Below, in pieces: positions 52,014 to 64,000 of a stretch of DNA of 64,000 nucleotides; position 1 is the first letter of the stretch, and every line of letters starts with the position of its first letter. Where the stretch lies: positions 8,683,129-8,747,128 of the forward strand of contig CM082576.2 in NCBI GenBank assembly GCA_040954595.2, given 5' to 3'. The DNA is from Balanoglossus misakiensis. Taxonomy: Eukaryota; Animalia; Hemichordata. The notes beneath the pieces are model-generated. The model had not been told where the DNA came from, ran no database searches, and saw only the letters and a list, made by a program, of their open reading frames with translations. The translations under genes and the position numbers were made by a program.

Positions 52014-55000
52014 CTCGATCACTTACTTTCAAGGGTAATTCAAACGATTAACTTTAAACAAAATGGACATTCAGTGTAGATGGCTAATAGAAATCAACTA
52101 AATTCTCAATATTTAATAATACTCAAACAACATGGCTGCTTTAGTCACACTGAGCGTGTAATGTAGCGCCACCACTGGCCAAACACGGAAGATCATGTGT
52201 TTTTTCCTATGTTCTCCGACACAAAGTGGGTGTGATATAGCATTTGCGAGAACATTTCTGAAATACTCAAAAGACTTCCCTAAAATTTAGGGAGATAGTC
52301 ATACTTTTTGTAAAAAAGGAGTGAATGATTTTTTCAAATAATTGTAAAGATTTTGAGTCCGCAACATATATATTGGATAGCAATACATTGCATTTTTAAC
52401 CGAACAAGAAATGATAAAAGCATGGGTTTGTGAACTGAGCGAGTAAATGATAAATTGAGGAAACTGGATCTGCAGTACACTGTTGGGCATCATGATGAAT
52501 GGCCATCTGCCTGGCTGGACAGCAGCCAGTCGAACAGAGGTTAGGCCAATAAAGTGAAATGTCATGATGTGTGTACAAGACAGGGCTACTGGTCATTGAC
52601 CATATCACATGCCAGTGGAGTGGCATCAGAAATTGTGCAAATCAGTTACTCGGTAGATCCTGGTTTTTCTCCAGTATGCCCAATGAATTTACGAGACGTC
52701 TGGTTAGCAATTTGGGTCATTTTTATCATAATAATGCGACAGGACAGCTACACGTGTTTGTGAATACTAGAGTCACAAGGAACCACGCATCAAATCGATT
52801 CTTGTAAACAGTTTTATTGGTTAAAGTTGGCCAAGTATAAAAAAAACAGCAGTAAATGCCTTCTCAAGGCACCAGATTGGCTTAGCGGAAAAAGTTTACA
52901 ACAGAATATATACACTGTAAATAAAGTAGAGCTCCTCCTATAAAACTGATTGCCTGTCTATCAAAGCTGGCTCCATTTGGCTACAGTGTCATAATGGGGA
53001 AGGGGGGGGGGGACTGAGAAATAATACATGCAAGAAAATAATCAAAGCTGATTAAATAAATATGAAAATCTGACGGTGCCCACAAGAATTTGGTCATTTG
53101 CCTGAAAATTTCCAAAAAAAAGAGGGAGAGTTAAACATTCTCATTGCACTACTACTATTATACAAGGCAAAAAATATAAGCCGTGATTAAAAGATAACAG
53201 AATCAAGAGCTGAGCGATAAGAGAAAATAACAACATGTATAAATATCCAACAGATTTGCTAAACCTAGAAAATTCACCTGTAACGTGGGCTTGACCTTTG
53301 ACATGCTGTATGAAGCAATTACCGGTAGGGCAGGTGAATGCACAACATAACTGCTATTAAAGTCTGTGGAGGTGGCAGGTGATGGTTCTGAAGAGTTCCT
53401 TCACCTAAGAATTTTCCATCATATTGTACCAATCACACGGCCATTACTCCCTTGTTGTGATTTTGTTCGTTATTACTGGCTCTATGTTCAACTTACTCAG
53501 TATGTGAAACTCAATGAAAGTCCAGTTTTTTTCAAGAGAGAGAGAGAAAAAGAGAAGCTTGTCTTGTCAACTTTTGTTCACCATTTTCCTGTTTCCGTGT
53601 TCTCTAGATTATATGTCCAATTCTATTGCTACTGATACAGCAGTACACAAACTGGAAAAACAATTCTTCTCCCTCCCTTCTTATCTGACTTTGGAGCTGA
53701 CCTGAAACATGCTTAAAGTGAACCAGAAGGACGTTGCTGTCATTGTAAATAAAGTAAGGTCCTAGACTCCTACATGTCTACTGGCTTTAACGTCTGATGC
53801 AGTATCTTGGGGAAGAAGTCTTGAGGGTTTGACAAAGACCTTAAATACTGGGTAGAAACTCAGGGAAACCTAGTGGCAAACATTTTGTGAAATCGGTGTT
53901 TCTTCGGTGAGAAACACTCGTGGATGGAATTGCTGAGGTTAGATAAAAGTACCACGCTACTTAAAATGAAAGAATAAAAGTGGCAGTTAAACAATAAACA
54001 AAATCAAAAACTGTGAAACAGATCAATTGTCCGCTACGAAAAATCTCTCTGAATTACCATCAATTCCCTATAGATTGTTTACAAATAAATAAATAAATCA
54101 TGCATTTATATAGTGTTATTAAAAAATATGGTTTTCATGAGTTTTTTGTTCAGAAATCATTTTAGCTATAGATATGACGGTTTATTTAGCTACGATAACG
54201 TGTCCAGATTTGCTATGTAAAACCCAATGGGTAGCACCTTCCATTCAGCGTGTGGATTTTCCACACGGTGAAAATGTTTTTTTCATTGGACTTGACTCTG
54301 TGTCTCCCAACATTGTCCATGAATATTGTTGTCTGTGTGTACACACTGGCTGCTTCAATATCACATCATTTAGTGTCATTTTCTCGTGAAATGTAATTGT
54401 CCAAAGAATATTCCAGATACTTCGAGATCTTCTACTGTGTTTAATGCTTGTGAAGTCCCCACTGCAAAAGGTTGTTGCACTTCACACTTGGAACACTGGA
54501 GCAATATTTTCCCCTTTCAGTCGATCAGTGGTTTCCGTTAGAGGTGCAGAGACATGCAAATTACTGTGCGCTCCAAGATACGGCGTGGAAAAAAAAAATC
54601 TCGGAAGCTGGTGCTCGTCTCCACTAGTGTCACAGTTTATTAGTTTTCCATATTTTCACATTTCACAAGGTCATAGTAATTCCAGGGTTTGTGGTTGATC
54701 TGGTGGGCTATTTCTTCTTCTTCCAAATTACAGCTGCGGTCCAAGGACTTCTGTTGTAAATGCTTTTTAACTTACTGGGTTGTTCGTATACTAAGGTCGG
54801 ACGGACTTGGGTATTTTTGGGGGCTGTTTTATTTCTTTCATTGTTTATTTGTCGCATTCTAGAAGGCACTTGATTGCACTAGACATCTTCAGGGTAGAGA
54901 GGGAGAGAAAAACAAAAGGAAGCTAGTTAGAGCTCAGAAATGTTATTAATAAATGATATAGAACTTTAAACTACACCTATGAAAATCATGAAGCTAAATG

Positions 55001-55037
55001 CATGTTGCAATGCTGTTTCCGCACAGACATATGCACA

Positions 55038-55058
55038 AACACACACACACACACACAC
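55038..55058. repeat. (CA)n microsatellite
   Basis: acacacacacacacacacac. Confidence 0.85.
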
Positions 55059-55406
55059 AGAAAGGTCTATCACAATTCTAATTCACATAACCCTGTGCCT
55101 CACGCACCAAATGCAATGAAAACTCACAAGTACCTTTTCTCTGGTTCTGCCGAGACCCAACTACAGTTGGTCAAATTATGTTCATATTGTCCAGTTACAA
55201 AATATACAAATATCCAGCATCCTACATGACAGGCTTGGTTGCGATTTTGAGTTTTCCACAGGACCTAGACGCAACCTCTACGACATCAGCAGTATCTGCC
55301 AAGCAGTTCTACGTTATCAAGCGTCTCTCTGGCAAAGGTTTTCCACTCAGATCCTCTGGATATCGTCGTCTTCTTCAGTTTGCAATTTAAATATTTTGGT
55401 CATGTG

Positions 55407-63384
<7,978 letters not shown>

Positions 63385-64000
63385 TTATAATGGATTCTTC
63401 TATATAAATATAAGTCAAGGCCGATATACACAGAAATTGAGGGAACATTGGGACCATGAGGCAGTCTTACAATCAAGCTGCGTGGTCAATTAAACAGTGT
63501 TCCAATAATTCCTCTACATGGGGCAGTTTTAAGTAAAGTCATAAAGGATATGTATGAATGTGTGTGATCCTGGGCATCTGATTTACATCATGTTTTTATA
63601 TCACTCAGTCAGTCAGTATTTGACCTCAACTAATGGAACCGTTTGATTTCTTCTCGTGTTGATTTTTAAACACTGTGCTGGTCTCTGTTATTTCAAACTG
63701 TGAATCCCTCTTTGTTTCCCAGACACCAAAGTCTATTAAAAGACGTCGGAGTGACGTGATACGATGGCCACAGTGGCCCAGATTCCTTCTGGGTATTCAC
63801 CATCTGCTGATCTGACATCAAGCATCACTAAGCCCCCCACATGACTACCGATGGATCATGTCGATGTGACAATGGCTAATACTCTGGCATCGCCGCAGAA
63901 ATCATGAAGTCTGCAGCTTCAGCAGTGCTGTCGTTTTTTTTAATATGAAGCAAATGAAAAAAGGCTGCCTGGCTGACCGAAAGTCGAACCCAACTGTGCA

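Overview
Eukaryotic, intron-rich animal DNA. A marine invertebrate deuterostome such as an echinoderm is my inference from gene style and is not proven. Left to right: (1) a minus-strand polycystin-1-family (PKD1L2/REJ-like, 11-TM) gene, ~16.7 kb to <1, with ectodomain SP-CUBx3-LDLax2-CUBx3-REJ-GAIN/GPS, then TM1-PLAT-TOP/channel. (2) A two-exon FABP/CRABP-like gene carrying an apparent 2-nt frameshift. (3) A second, complete tandem polycystin-1-family paralogue (41384-20535) with matching core exons but a different ectodomain of 6 Frizzled cysteine-rich domains and 8 LDLa modules, and a cytoplasmic tail ending in a LINE-like CCHC zinc knuckle. (4) A complete 10-exon L-2-hydroxyglutarate dehydrogenase gene on the plus strand. 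(5) The 3' part of a tau-tubulin kinase gene with a 6.3-kb exon. Introns hold several small non-autonomous DNA elements, two of them carrying telomeric repeats between TIRs with perfect TSDs. The strongest candidate for a new system is the Frizzled-CRD/LDLa-array polycystin, a possible Wnt- or lipid-sensing channel subunit. Its symmetric cassette exons, weak donors and an Rbfox-motif cluster suggest a combinatorially spliced ectodomain. All exon models were read by eye from splice signals and frame continuity; no database searches were run.
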